A stretch of 63,477 bases of DNA, counting the filler, from Octopus bimaculoides (taxonomy: Eukaryota): NCBI RefSeq assembly GCF_001194135.2. It is 5 parts of 4 records of this genome, joined end to end, with 100 filler letters (N's around TTAATTAATTAA, not from the genome) between each part and the next. Parts side by side here need not be neighbours in the genome. Positions count along the whole stretch, not along the records: positions 19,655 to 26,972 come from NC_069010.1; positions 27,073 to 34,811 come from NC_069000.1; positions 34,912 to 57,117 come from NC_069010.1; 2 more parts are not named here. The stretch is one strand, 5' to 3'. Under the pieces are notes generated by a model. That model made no database searches and was not told where the DNA came from. It saw nothing but the letters and a program-made list of their open reading frames with translations. Below, in pieces: positions 24,796 to 37,140 of the stretch. Position numbers and translations under genes: made by a program. Within the stretch, counting starts at the first letter, position 1. Every line of letters starts with the position of its first letter.

Positions 24796-24971
24796 GAGGT
24801 GCAATAGCCCAGTGGTTAGGGCAGTAGACTCGTGGTCATAGGATCGCGGTTTCGATTCCCAGACCGGGCATTGTGTGTGTTTATTGAGTGAAAACACCTA
24901 AAAGCTCCACTAGGCTCCGGCAGGGGGTGGTGGTGAACCCTGTTGTACTCTTTCGCCCCAACTTTCTCTCA
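24796..24971 (+). mobile_element. SINE family D, tRNA-like head and body (runs into gap)
   Basis: tagcccagtggttagggcag (box A-like), ggtttcgattccc (box B-like), then a body matching 33525-33640 and 34912-35015. Confidence 0.9.
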
Positions 24972-25713
24972 NNNNNNNNNNNNNNNNNNNNNNNNNNNNN
25001 NNNNNNNNNNNNNNNNNNNNNNNNNNNNNNNNNNNNNNNNNNNNNNNNNNNNNNNNNNNNNNNNNNNNNNNNNNNNNNNNNNNNNNNNNNNNNNNNNNNN
25101 NNNNNNNNNNNNNNNNNNNNNNNNNNNNNNNNNNNNNNNNNNNNNNNNNNNNNNNNNNNNNNNNNNNNNNNNNNNNNNNNNNNNNNNNNNNNNNNNNNNN
25201 NNNNNNNNNNNNNNNNNNNNNNNNNNNNNNNNNNNNNNNNNNNNNNNNNNNNNNNNNNNNNNNNNNNNNNNNNNNNNNNNNNNNNNNNNNNNNNNNNNNN
25301 NNNNNNNNNNNNNNNNNNNNNNNNNNNNNNNNNNNNNNNNNNNNNNNNNNNNNNNNNNNNNNNNNNNNNNNNNNNNNNNNNNNNNNNNNNNNNNNNNNNN
25401 NNNNNNNNNNNNNNNNNNNNNNNNNNNNNNNNNNNNNNNNNNNNNNNNNNNNNNNNNNNNNNNNNNNNNNNNNNNNNNNNNNNNNNNNNNNNNNNNNNNN
25501 NNNNNNNNNNNNNNNNNNNNNNNNNNNNNNNNNNNNNNNNNNNNNNNNNNNNNNNNNNNNNNNNNNNNNNNNNNNNNNNNNNNNNNNNNNNNNNNNNNNN
25601 NNNNNNNNNNNNNNNNNNNNNNNNNNNNNNNNNNNNNNNNNNNNNNNNGGGTCAATGTAATCAACTTAGGCCCTCTCCCAAAATTTGCTGGTCTTGTACC
25701 AAAATTTGAAATC

Positions 25714-25752
<39 letters not shown>

Positions 25753-25950
25753 CCTTTCTATTGTAGGCACAAGGCCTGAAATTTGAGAGTAGAGGGGTCA
25801 GTTGATTAGATCGACCTCCAGTACTTAACTGGTACTTGATTCATTGACCCCCCGAAAGGATGAAAGGCGAAGTCGACCTCGGTGGAATTTGAACTCAGAA
25901 TGCAGTGACAGGTAAAATACCACTAAGCATTTCGTCCAGCTTGCCACCCT
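25753..25950 (-). mobile_element. SINE family B
   Basis: ggcacaaggcc...ctggtactt...gaaaggatgaaaggcgaagtcgacctcggtggaatttgaactcagaa. Confidence 0.9.
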
Positions 25951-25969
25951 TAATAATAATAATAATAAT

Positions 25970-26183
25970 TGAGGCAGTGAGCTGGCAGAATCGTTAGCAC
26001 ACTGAGCAAAATGCTTAGCAGCGTTTCGTCTGCCGCTACGTTCTGAGTTCAAATTCCACCAAGGTCGACTTTGCCCTTTATCGTTCTGGGGGTCGATAAA
26101 ATAAATACCAGTTCAATACTGAGTTCGATTTTATCGACTTCACCTCTCCCAACATTGCTGGCCTTGCGCCAAAATTTGAAACC
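25970..26183 (+). mobile_element. SINE family B, full length with ATT tail
   Basis: gagctggcagaatcgttagcac...gagttcaaattcc...ggccttgcgccaaaatttgaaacc, then attatt. Confidence 0.92.
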
Positions 26184-26251
26184 ATTATTATTGTTATTAT
26201 TATCAGTATTTATTTATTTATTTTGGTCTTTATTGGTTGAGTATATTTCTT

Positions 26252-26284
<33 letters not shown>

Positions 26285-26430
26285 CGTGTTTGTTTTTCAT
26301 ACTTTTTGCATTTTTTAAACTGTTTTCTTTTGAAATGTAAATTGTGAACCAAAGAAATAAAATAATCTCACCAAAAGATATTTTATTGTGTTTGTTATTA
26401 TCATTATTATTATTATTATTATTATTATTA

Positions 26431-26660
26431 CGTCTACCTTCGCTAAGGCGGAGATATTGTTTTCAGTTGTGTTTGTTTGTCCGTGGACAAGATATCTCAA
26501 GAACCACTGGATGGATTCGGATGAAACTTTCAAGGATGTTTGGCTTCATGACTGGCACGAACTGATTAGATTTTTGGGATCGATCCGGTACTGGACAAGG
26601 ATTCTGGATTATTTCTCCGTTTTTTTTTTCACTTAATTTTTGAGAGCAGTTGGGTTCATT
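26431..26660 (+). mobile_element. Helentron-associated (HINE/DINE-1-like) non-autonomous element
   Basis: taccttcgctaaggcggag.tattgttttc..tgtttgtttgtccg...ggatggattcggatgaaacttt resembles the recalled HINE architecture; not verified. Confidence 0.5.
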
Positions 26661-26661
26661 T

Positions 26662-26972
26662 TTAGTATTCTCGAAATCGTGATGGCACCTGTGCCCAGTA
26701 TCGCCTTCCTGGCACATGTAAAGACATTCGAGCCAGATCGTGCCAGTGCCCCTGGACTGGCTCCTGTGCAGGTGGCACGTAAAATACACCATTTTGAGCG
26801 TGGCCGTTGCCAGTATCGCCTGACTGGTCTTCGTGCGGGTGACACGTAAAAGCACCCACTACACTCTCAGAGTGGTTGGCGTTAGGAAAGGCATCCAGCT
26901 GTAGAAACTCTGCCAAATCAGATTGGAGCCTGGTGTAGCCATCTGGTTTCACCAGTCCTCAGTCAAATCGTC
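26662..26972 (+). mobile_element. RTE LINE 3' UTR (truncated at linker)
   Basis: gttggcgttaggaaaggcatccagctgtagaaac...atcagattggagcctgg matches the UTR joined to RT sequence at 57246-57510; internal subrepeats ggtg(g/a)cacgtaaaa. Confidence 0.75.
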
Positions 26973-27072
26973 NNNNNNNNNNNNNNNNNNNNNNNNNNNN
27001 NNNNNNNNNNNNNNNNTTAATTAATTAANNNNNNNNNNNNNNNNNNNNNNNNNNNNNNNNNNNNNNNNNNNN
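26973..27072. other. Artificial contig-joining linker
   Basis: N44-TTAATTAATTAA-N44. Confidence 0.97.
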
Positions 27073-27133
<61 letters not shown>

Positions 27134-27439
27134 GCGTACGTATCTAAACGTTTGATTGAACTATAAACTGAATTTTATACAAATGTAAGGTGCACGCTGA
27201 TAAGTTCCTAACGCCCCGCTTTTGAATTTACTGTATTGATATTTAGAAAGGGGCAATATTTCGTATTTTATATATGAACTATCATTTTAATATAGATCAC
27301 ATGAGGGCATTTTATTTTATCTGTCTTTTATTACAATTTACGAACAATAGTGTAGTTGAGCGTATAATTCTCACAAACCAAAATCTGGTCCGAAGCATTT
27401 CTTGCGACTGCTGAAACAAGGGAGAGGTCTAACTCAGTG

Positions 27440-27600
27440 TGGAAGACTATTCTAGAGTACGTCCTGTCTGGTCTTCGAAACGTCTAGATAGAATAGAGAC
27501 AGCTGATGAAGGGATATTCCAAGGGGCTTTCCGTTTTCCTATGTGTTCGTTCCGTTGTCTGTAGTTTATTGTTCTAACGTCCTGTACCCTGATATGCATG
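27440..27600 (+). mobile_element. Short PLE-terminus-like repeat with hammerhead-like motifs
   Basis: cgaaacgtc...gacagctgatgaaggg...acgtcctgtaccc; related to 4520-4720. Confidence 0.45.
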
Positions 27601-27715
27601 TATATACACATGTAGATGTAAGTATGTACATATATGTGTGTATACATGTATATATATTCTTTGTATTATATATATATATATATATATAAAAATAAATACG
27701 TGTGTGTGTCTGTGT

Positions 27716-27773
<58 letters not shown>

Positions 27774-27879
27774 ACGAGTGGACAAACGAAAGAAAGGGCC
27801 ACTGAACACATTTAGCAGTCGGACGAGCTCGGTTCCGCTAACGAGCCCACGAAACTTTTGGAGCTGAATCCAGCTGCTA

Positions 27880-27934
<55 letters not shown>

Positions 27935-28509
27935 TAATAATAATAATGATCATAATAATGAATGTGGTACAGGAAGATGACAAAGAGACATGCAGAAAAA
28001 CATGAACATATGCGGTGAATGTGGAATGTCCCAATTCCTCATGAATTATCGGTTAAATATCGTCACAATTTCGACACCTACGCACAAACACACACACTAT
28101 AAGCCAAATCATATCTCTATTATATACATATTTTACAAAATTCCAAATCACCTAAATCCTAGATGCGTTACAACCTCCTCATCTTGTATTTAAGTTCCTC
28201 CTGCATCCAGAGTGAGAAAGTATTCATGGTATTAAAAAAGGGAAAAAGTGCATAAATTTATATGTAACAATGAAAATATGCATGTATTTTCCTTCCTATT
28301 AAACAAAAAAAAGTATTTATAATGGAAGAAAAACACACATTGATTTATGCGTAACTGTAAAAATATCTAAGACTTACCTAAAATTCAATGTTTTTGTTTC
28401 AATTTTTTTTCATTTTCTGAATTCCGCTCATGGAGTTTTGTTTACGTTAGGAAACAGTTCCATCTTCTTTATTGGAAGAATTCAAATTCAAACTAGGAAG
28501 ATGACTAGT

Positions 28510-28634
<125 letters not shown>

Positions 28635-29943
28635 CACAAGCACACACACATGCATATATGCGTAAATGCATGTATAAATATATTTATGCACACATATGTA
28701 TGTCTGCATACTTACAGATACACATATATGCATATATAAACATGCAAGTAGGTTTACACACGGGAATACATTCGACCATATGAACACACATGTATACGCA
28801 TACATAAAAAAAATATACATACTAATGTGCATACATAGACACATACATATCTATATACATGCATACATAAATACAAGTTCGTGTGTGTGTGTATTGCAAA
28901 TTACTGGTTATATTAATTATATATATACACATTAGTGAATCGCTAAATGATCCAATAATTTGGACGACGTAAACATGAATACTAATAACGAAGCACGTCC
29001 AGAAATAGCCGATATATGCGTATATATATGTATATATATATATATATTTCTACATATATATGCTTGCTTACTTACGGACACACATAAATGCATGGAAGTG
29101 TATATCGAGGTTTGCGTACATTAATGCATTCATGCATTCGTGCATGCATGTATACACATATATAAATATATGCCTACATACGTACATAAAAATATATATA
29201 CATATTGCTGTTCATACATATATACATAGATAATCATATACATGCATACATAAATGCATATACATATATTTATACATACAAATATATCTTCATAGCCGTG
29301 TCTGCGTATGGCATGCATGCAATTGCTCTGGTAGAGGTGAAAAATAATAGTGGGGACGCGGGGATAGAAAGCGTGACCTACAAAACTAAAACATGCATTA
29401 TTCTATTACCTACGATTTCTGCTCAGGGCAAGAACTTAAAAAGAACATAGATAGATATCGTTTTCAATTCCAACTGCAGCTGAACGTTTTCATTGTGGGA
29501 AGCACAAGAGCTGTCACACAAGAGAGAAGAAATGGCGTAACCCAGCTGTTTCACGCTGTAATATTTACTTCGTATACGAACATAACAGCGTGATGTAACC
29601 TATTTTCAAAATTTCCTTCGGCTCTTTTTTTACGTGTGTTCTCGGGCAAAACCAGCCGGCTGGTGATCTAGGGGTATACCATGAGTAAGATGGTTGTATA
29701 ACATAAAAAAAAATCAGCCTGAAATATAGTCAGGGTTGTGATCAGAGATGCACATATCGTCAGCCACCAAGGGACATGCTCAACTGGTTATGGTCAAACA
29801 GCTGACAAGCAAATCTGTAGTATTGAGCAGAATATTTATTGTAGCCCATCTTTTATACCAAGACAAAACAATGTACAAGATAACACCTCCAATCAGTTAA
29901 GATCAGAAGCCATGAGAGCCACTGCCTGGTACTGCATCTGGGC

Positions 29944-29974
<31 letters not shown>

Positions 29975-30265
29975 GAATGAGTGAGTGAGTGAGTGAGTGA
30001 GTGAGCAGCACACGCCATCAAAGTGATGCTGGGGTACAAGTATACAAAGCCCATTATACCCATCATGACTACTCGTCTGATAAGGGTACACCAGGCACAT
30101 GCATCACAACCATATGTTCGCGACATAGTGACTTCACATCAAGATAAACAGCGTATAACCTTGCAGGTGGGGCCCAGTTAGAATTATCTTCAGGTCGAAT
30201 ATCCCACACAAAAAATTCCTGAATAAGGGTTGTTTAAGGATATTGAACAAAACACCCATGTTTCC
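29975..30265 (-). mobile_element. Interspersed repeat family F
   Basis: Reverse complement of 14391-14627, with a (TGAG)n/(ATT)n tail. Confidence 0.75.
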
Positions 30266-30412
30266 ATATCATTAAAATCATTATTTAAAAAAATACAAAT
30301 TCAGAGAAATGGAGTCAAGAAAATCATTATATCAAGACAAAACAATGTACATGATAACACTTCCAATCAGTTAAAATCATAGGCCATGAGAGTCACTGCC
30401 TTGTATTGCATT

Positions 30413-30480
<68 letters not shown>

Positions 30481-30911
30481 NNNNNNNNNNNNNNNNNNNN
30501 NNNNNNNNNNNNNNNNNNNNNNNNNNNNNNNNNNNNNNNNNNNNNNNNNNNNNNNNNNNNNNNNNNNNNNNNNNNNNNNNNNNNNNNNNNNNNNNNNNNN
30601 NNNNNNNNNNNNNNNNNNNNNNNNNNNNNNNNNNNNNNNNNNNNNNNNNNNNNNNNNNNNNNNNNNNNNNNNNNNNNNNNNNNNNNNNNNNNNNNNNNNN
30701 NNNNNNNNNNNNNNNNNNNNNNNNNNNNNNNNNNNNNNNNNNNNNNNNNNNNNNNNNNNNNNNNNNNNNNNNNNNNNNNNNNNNNNNNNNNNNNNNNNNN
30801 NNNNNNNNNNNNNNNNNNNNNNNNNNNNNNNNNNNNNNNNNNNNNNNNNNNNNNNNNNNNNNNNNNNNNNNNNNNNNNNNNNNNNNNNNNNNNNNNNNNN
30901 NNNNNNNNNNN

Positions 30912-30945
30912 AACTTGGGTTCTCATTCCTAAGGTATTTTTCGAG

Positions 30946-30980
<35 letters not shown>

Positions 30981-31040
30981 CATTTTTGAAGGCGGCGAGC
31001 TGGCAGAATGGTTAAGCATGCTAGACGAAATGTTTAGAAA
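30912..31040 (+). mobile_element. End of PLE-like family H (as at 59465-59500) followed by a SINE B head
   Basis: gggttctcattcctaaggtattt + (ATT)n, then ggcggcgagctggcagaatggttaagc. Confidence 0.75.
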
Positions 31041-31845
31041 TGTGAAATAATTATTTTTCCGAATTGCCACTCAGCTAGTTATATTCTCGTTTGTGAAATG
31101 ATGTATTTAATGGAGAAATAAACATTAGGAGAAAATTGGCGCATATTATAAAACAATCGTTAACATACTTACAAGAAAAAAGAAGACAAAGCAAAATATA
31201 AAAGAATCGAAACAAACTATAATTTTAATTAATTAATTTTTTTGTCAACTAGTGTAAGAACGTTTGATTTCTTCTTTCTCCCACTCTCTCTCCCTCTCTC
31301 TCTCTCCCTCTCTCTTTCTCTCTATCTCTCTCTCTCTTACACACACACTCCTCTCTAATTTGCTTGCTCTCTCTTTTCCTTTTTCTATTCCAAGTCGTGA
31401 TAATTGAATTAAACTGGTCTCTATTGGCGGAAAATTATACTAAAGGAAGTCAAAATCAGGCGAAAATGGACTGCTAATAACCACTCTCCTACTTTGAAAA
31501 TGGCGTGCTGTGAACAATAAGAATGGTTCATTTCTGGGTATGAGGCAATGTTAATAACCTCTACTGATTCTCCCTACTCACCCTGGGACCTTCATCTTCT
31601 CTTGTACAATGTATTAGTTGCAAGTGGGGTAAGACAGAAATAATTATGGCTTCTTTCGCTCTCCCTACCTTGTACGGTTTCATACGTTACTGAATACACT
31701 CGAGAGTTTTCTTTCCCTCTTACATCGATCCAAGTACCCTAGGATACATTTAAGTTAAGGCGTCCAACAAATGTAGACCTTAGAAGTGATTTAATTTTAT
31801 TAATACATCTCTGTTAAAACATAGATGCGTGAATGTATTCTATAA

Positions 31846-31918
<73 letters not shown>

Positions 31919-32033
31919 GGTTGTGTAAACTTCCGTATTATCGTATCTCGGAGCACTACAGAAATATATGTATTCAGAAATCAAGTCTATTTTTATATCC
32001 GTATGCGCTTGAATAGAAAGCTATAGGCAGTCG

Positions 32034-32090
<57 letters not shown>

Positions 32091-32314
32091 AACACACAGG
32101 GAGAAGAGATATTCATATGCAGATATATTCATATACATATATACATAAATAAATATATATTCATCTCTCTCTCCCTCTTTCTCTCTGTCTCTCTCCCTCT
32201 CTCTCTCCCCTACTCTACACATGTATGTGCGTATATATACAATATATATATATGTGTGTGTGTGTATGTATTTCTATGTATGTATCTCTCTCTCTATACA
32301 CATATATATTTGTG

Positions 32315-32403
<89 letters not shown>

Positions 32404-33524
32404 ATATGTATATATATATATGTATGTATGTATGTATAGATAGATAGAAAGATAGATAGATAGATAGATAGATAGGGTGTGCGTCTATGTATGTTTCAGC
32501 GCATGTGTGTGTGCATGTGTATATACTTATNNNNNNNNNNNNNNNNNNNNNNNNNNNNNNNNNNNNNNNNNNNNNNNNNNNNNNNNNNNNNNNNNNNNNN
32601 NNNNNNNNNNNNNNNNNNNNNNNNNNNNNNNNNNNNNNNNNNNNNNNNNNNNNNNNNNNNNNNNNNNNNNNNNNNNNNNNNNNNNNNNNNNNNNNNNNNN
32701 NNNNNNNNNNNNNNNNNNNNNNNNNNNNNNNNNNNNNNNNNNNNNNNNNNNNNNNNNNNNNNNNNNNNNNNNNNNNNNNNNNNNNNNNNNNNNNNNNNNN
32801 NNNNNNNNNNNNNNNNNNNNNNNNNNNNNNNNNNNNNNNNNNNNNNNNNNNNNNNNNNNNNNNNNNNNNNNNNNNNNNNNNNNNNNNNNNNNNNNNNNNN
32901 NNNNNNNNNNNNNNNNNNNNNNNNNNNNNNNNNNNNNNNNNNNNNNNNNNNNNNNNNNNNNNNNNNNNNNNNNNNNNNNNNNNNNNNNNNNNNNNNNNNN
33001 NNNNNNNNNNNNNNNNNNNNNNNNNNNNNNNNNNNNNNNNNNNNNNNNNNNNNNNNNNNNNNNNNNNNNNNNNNNNNNNNNNNNNNNNNNNNNNNNNNNN
33101 NNNNNNNNNNNNNNNNNNNNNNNNNNNNNNNNNNNNNNNNNNNNNNNNNNNNNNNNNNNNNNNNNNNNNNNNNNNNNNNNNNNNNNNNNNNNNNNNNNNN
33201 NNNNNNNNNNNNNNNNNNNNNNNNNNNNNNNNNNNNNNNNNNNNNNNNNNNNNNNNNNNNNNNNNNNNNNNNNNNNNNNNNNNNNNNNNNNNNNNNNNNN
33301 NNNNNNNNNNNNNNNNNNNNNNNNNNNNNNNNNNNNNNNNNNNNNNNNNNNNNNNNNNNNNNNNNNNNNNNNNNNNNNNNNNNNNNNNNNNNNNNNNNNN
33401 NNNNNNNNNNNNNNNNNNNNNNNNNNNNNNNNNNNNNNNNNNNNNNNNNNNNNNNNNNNNNNNNNNNNNNNNNNNNNNNNNNNNNNNNNNNNNNNNNNNN
33501 NNNNNNNNNNNNNNNNNNNNNNNN

Positions 33525-33773
33525 CCACACCGGGCGTTGAGTGTGTTTATTGAACGAAAACATCTAAAGGCTCCACGAGGCTCCGGCATGGGGGTGGGTG
33601 GCGACCCCTGTTGTACTCTTTCGCCCCCAACTTTCTGTCACTTTTCCTGTTTCTTGAGCGACGCTGCGATGGACTGGCGTCCCGTCCAGCTAGGGGGGAA
33701 CACATACGCCATAGAAACCGGAAAACCGGGCCCATGAGCCTGGCTAGGCTTTAAAAGGGCGCATAAATACAAA
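33525..33773 (+). mobile_element. SINE family D body with alternative 3' tail T2
   Basis: Body identical in type to 24850-24971, then gcgatggactggcgtcccgtccagctaggggg...gaaaccgg instead of tail T1. Confidence 0.85.
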
Positions 33774-33798
33774 AATAATAATTGTGTACATACGTACA

Positions 33799-34014
33799 TT
33801 TCAAATTTTGGCACAAGGCCAAAAATGTCAAGGGAGGAGATAAGTTAATTACATCGATTCCAGTGTTCAACTGGTACTAATTTTACTACCCTTCCCCCAA
33901 CGAAAAAGGATGAAAAGAAAAGTCAAATTCGGCGGGATATGAACTCAAAAACTGAAATCGTACGAAATGCTTTGAAGCATTTTGCCCGGCGTGCTAACCG
34001 ATTCTGCTAACTGC
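33799..34014 (-). mobile_element. SINE family B (diverged)
   Basis: tttcaaattttggcacaaggcc...gcattttgcccggcgtgctaaccgattctgc. Confidence 0.85.
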
Positions 34015-34161
34015 AGACACACATATATATCCATCTTTCTTATAACCTATGAATAAGAAAGATTGAAGCATCACTCGAAGCTTTGCAGTCACTGTCAATT
34101 TTTCCTGTAAGGAGCCATTAAGCGAGTCTTGGAGTATCAGTGGAGTAAAACCCAAACTCTG

Positions 34162-34192
<31 letters not shown>

Positions 34193-34250
34193 ATAACCAG
34201 CCGAAATTGCAAAGATAATCTGGAACTCGACTGAGGATAGNNNNNNNNNN

Positions 34251-34293
<43 letters not shown>

Positions 34294-34811
34294 ATGTGCT
34301 TGTATCGGTTATAAGATGTGCTTCTGTACGAGAACACCGTGCATGAATGCAAGCAAGCCTTGCTCATTATGTTGCAAACTACACTTTTAAAAGCAGTTCA
34401 CAATTTAACTGGACATAATTCCAGCAGTAAGAGGTGTTCACCCACAATTATCAGGCAAATTACAAAGAAATAATTCCAAATCCTGGGTCACAGCAAGACT
34501 TTAATTGAATCGTTTTTAACACATATTGGACAGCAATAAAACCAGGTGGAAGGATTTCTGCCTCCTCTTTTCGTTTCTTCATATATCCTGCAGGGAAATC
34601 CATAAAAGTCACCACCAACATTATCTTACACACACACACGCGCACACGTACGCACACGCACACTTCCTATCTTTCTCTCCCCCTTTCTCTCTCTCTCTCT
34701 CGCTTTCTCAAATACCAAATTTATTTGAAACTGAAATTTTAGAGATCGCAACCCATCATACCACCCATTCTCTATATGTATATCTTCCCCCTCTCTCTCT
34801 CTCTCTCTCTC

Positions 34812-34911
34812 NNNNNNNNNNNNNNNNNNNNNNNNNNNNNNNNNNNNNNNNNNNNTTAATTAATTAANNNNNNNNNNNNNNNNNNNNNNNNNNNNNNNNN
34901 NNNNNNNNNNN
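34812..34911. other. Artificial contig-joining linker
   Basis: N44-TTAATTAATTAA-N44. Confidence 0.97.
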
Positions 34912-35222
34912 GTTGTGAGTGTTTATCGAGCGAAAAACACCTAAAAGCTCCACGAGGCTCCGGCAGGGGATGGGTGGCGAATCCTGCTGTACTCTTTCAC
35001 CACAACTTTCTCTCAGTCTTACTTCTTATTTTCTGTTGTGCCTGTATTTCAAAGGGTCGGCCTTGTCACAGTCTGTGTCACGCTGAATATCCCCCGTTAA
35101 CTTACGTTAAGGGTTACACGTGTCTGTGGAGTGCTCAGCCACTTGCACGTTAATTTCACGAGCAGGCTGTTCCGTTGATGGGACCAACTGGAACCCTCGA
35201 CGTCGTAAGCGACGGAGTGCCA
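34912..35222 (+). mobile_element. SINE family D with tail T1 (head cut by linker)
   Basis: Body, then ...gtaagcgacggagtgcca terminus. Confidence 0.9.
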
Positions 35223-35809
35223 ACCAACGTCGTTTCGTATCCGAGAGGTCAGATGCTGAGAAGGTGAAAAAAATGAGCAATGCCATATTTCGGGAGGCTT
35301 TGCAACGTTGGGCTTTAAAATCTGTAGCGATGACCGTTAACGCCTGATCAAAATTACATGCCACTGGTCAGTCTCGAACTTCTTCTTGTTTAAATTACTC
35401 AAATCATATAAGCCATAAATGTCTGTCGACTCCTTTTTGTATGAGCCTAAGCCCCTTGGCTTTGGGAGAGAAGGACTGACAACTGCTGTGCTGGTGACGA
35501 CTGTTTAGCTTGAAACACGTATCCATGGCTACCCTCTCCAGACAATAAACTAGCCCCTTTCCTTGATGGCATGTTAGCTACATACGTAGACACAAGCAAG
35601 GGAACAGAGGATGTAGTAAGGGTCGGGGTATGCAAAAACACCCTCTAAACTTTTTAGCGGGCAATGGATACGCTTTGAACATTCTCCGGAGAAATTTCAT
35701 CGCCATTACGAACGAACGTAGACATACGTTTTTGGACAGATTGAAATCGTGACTTTTTCCATTCTTGAATTGATCTCGTGTGATTGATGTACAAATATAA
35801 TAATCGTTC

Positions 35810-36163
35810 CTATTAAAGGCACAAGCCATGAAATTTGGGCGAGAGGGAATTAGAGGATTACGTTGACCCCAGAGTTTCACTGGTACTTAATCTATCGACC
35901 CCGAAAGGATGAAAGGCAGAGTCGACCTCGGCAGAATTTACAATAATAATAATAATAATAATAATAATGATAATAATAATATCTATTATTATTCTTATCG
36001 TTATTGTTAAGGCGGGGGAGCTGGCAAAATGGTTAGCACGCCGGGCGTAATGCTTAACGGTATTACGTCCGTCGCTACGTTCCGAGCTCAAGTCCTGGGG
36101 TCGATGTGACCGACTCTCCTCCTCCCCACAAATTAAGGGTCTTGTGTCTAGAATAGAAAAGTT
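35810..36163. mobile_element. Two divergent SINE family B copies separated by (AAT)n
   Basis: Minus copy 35810-35939; internally deleted plus copy 36009-36163. Confidence 0.85.
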
Positions 36164-36448
36164 TATTATTATACCTGCGTTTGTTTTAATATTAAGATTC
36201 CAGAAATTCTACCTCCCCCCCCCCACCAATTCAATTCCTGCAGTTATGCTCATAGATATATATACACACACACACGTTCAAGCTATACAACATATTCACT
36301 CAAGATATAATGTAATGCCGAGATTTATTCAATTCTTTACAAGGAAATTCGTCTTTCGTAGAAAGAATTCCTACTTTTGAGAGGAAAACCATTTGTGTGT
36401 GTATACACGCACGTGCGTATGTTTGTGTGTATATACACACATAGGCGT

Positions 36449-36489
<41 letters not shown>

Positions 36490-36689
36490 TATATATACAT
36501 ATTAAAGTAAAGCATAAAAAAGAAGAAAGGTGGTAGAGCAGCAGTTCGCTTACCTGTGTTACAAAGTCGATTCGAGATTTGCCGGAAGAATTTGTAAGGA
36601 TCTGAAAGAAGAACAAAAGAAAATAGAATCAGATTTGGTCACGTGCATGTTGTTTGTGTTGTTGTTGTTTTTCATCGTTTGCTTGTTTC

Positions 36690-37140
36690 ATTTTGTAGAC
36701 CGCGGCCATGCTGGGGCACCGCCGTGAAAGTTTCAAGTCGAACAAATCGCCTCTTGTACGTTTTTTTTAAAATTAAGTCTGGTCCATATTCTATCGTTTC
36801 TTTTGCCGAATCGCTATGTTACGGGTACTTAAACAAACTAACACCACCAGCTGCTAAACGGTGAAAGTGGTGACACACACAGTCACAAAGAACACACACA
36901 GTCACAAAGAACACACACAGTCACAAAGAACACACACAGACACAAAGAACACACACAGACACAAAGAACACACACAGACACAAAGAACACACGCAGACAC
37001 AAAGAACACACACACACACACACACACACACGACAAGCTCCCATACAGTTTCCATCTACCAAATCCATTCTATGTTCGGCCCAGAGTTATAGTAAAGGAC
37101 ATTTGCCCAGGGTGGCGCTCTGTGAGACTGAACTCAAAAT
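36690..37140 (-). mobile_element. SINE family A (old) with expanded linker
   Basis: Both halves recognisable (gcggccatgctggggcaccgcc; cagtttccatctaccaaatcca). Confidence 0.8.
36882..37014. repeat. 19-bp minisatellite x7 (G(T/A)CACAAAGAACACACACA)
   Basis: Unit starts at 36882, 36901, 36920, 36939, 36958, 36977 and 36996. Confidence 0.95.

Noticed and set aside
24796-24865. tRNA-like sequences (also heads at 2098, 13763, 25970, 47500)
   Set aside because: They have box A/B but no complete cloverleaf and continue into SINE bodies, so they are not tRNA genes.
34460-34600. Unique stretch with a good minus-strand acceptor (tttccctgcag)
   Set aside because: Two frames are open briefly, there is no recognisable motif or donor, and I cannot choose between them.
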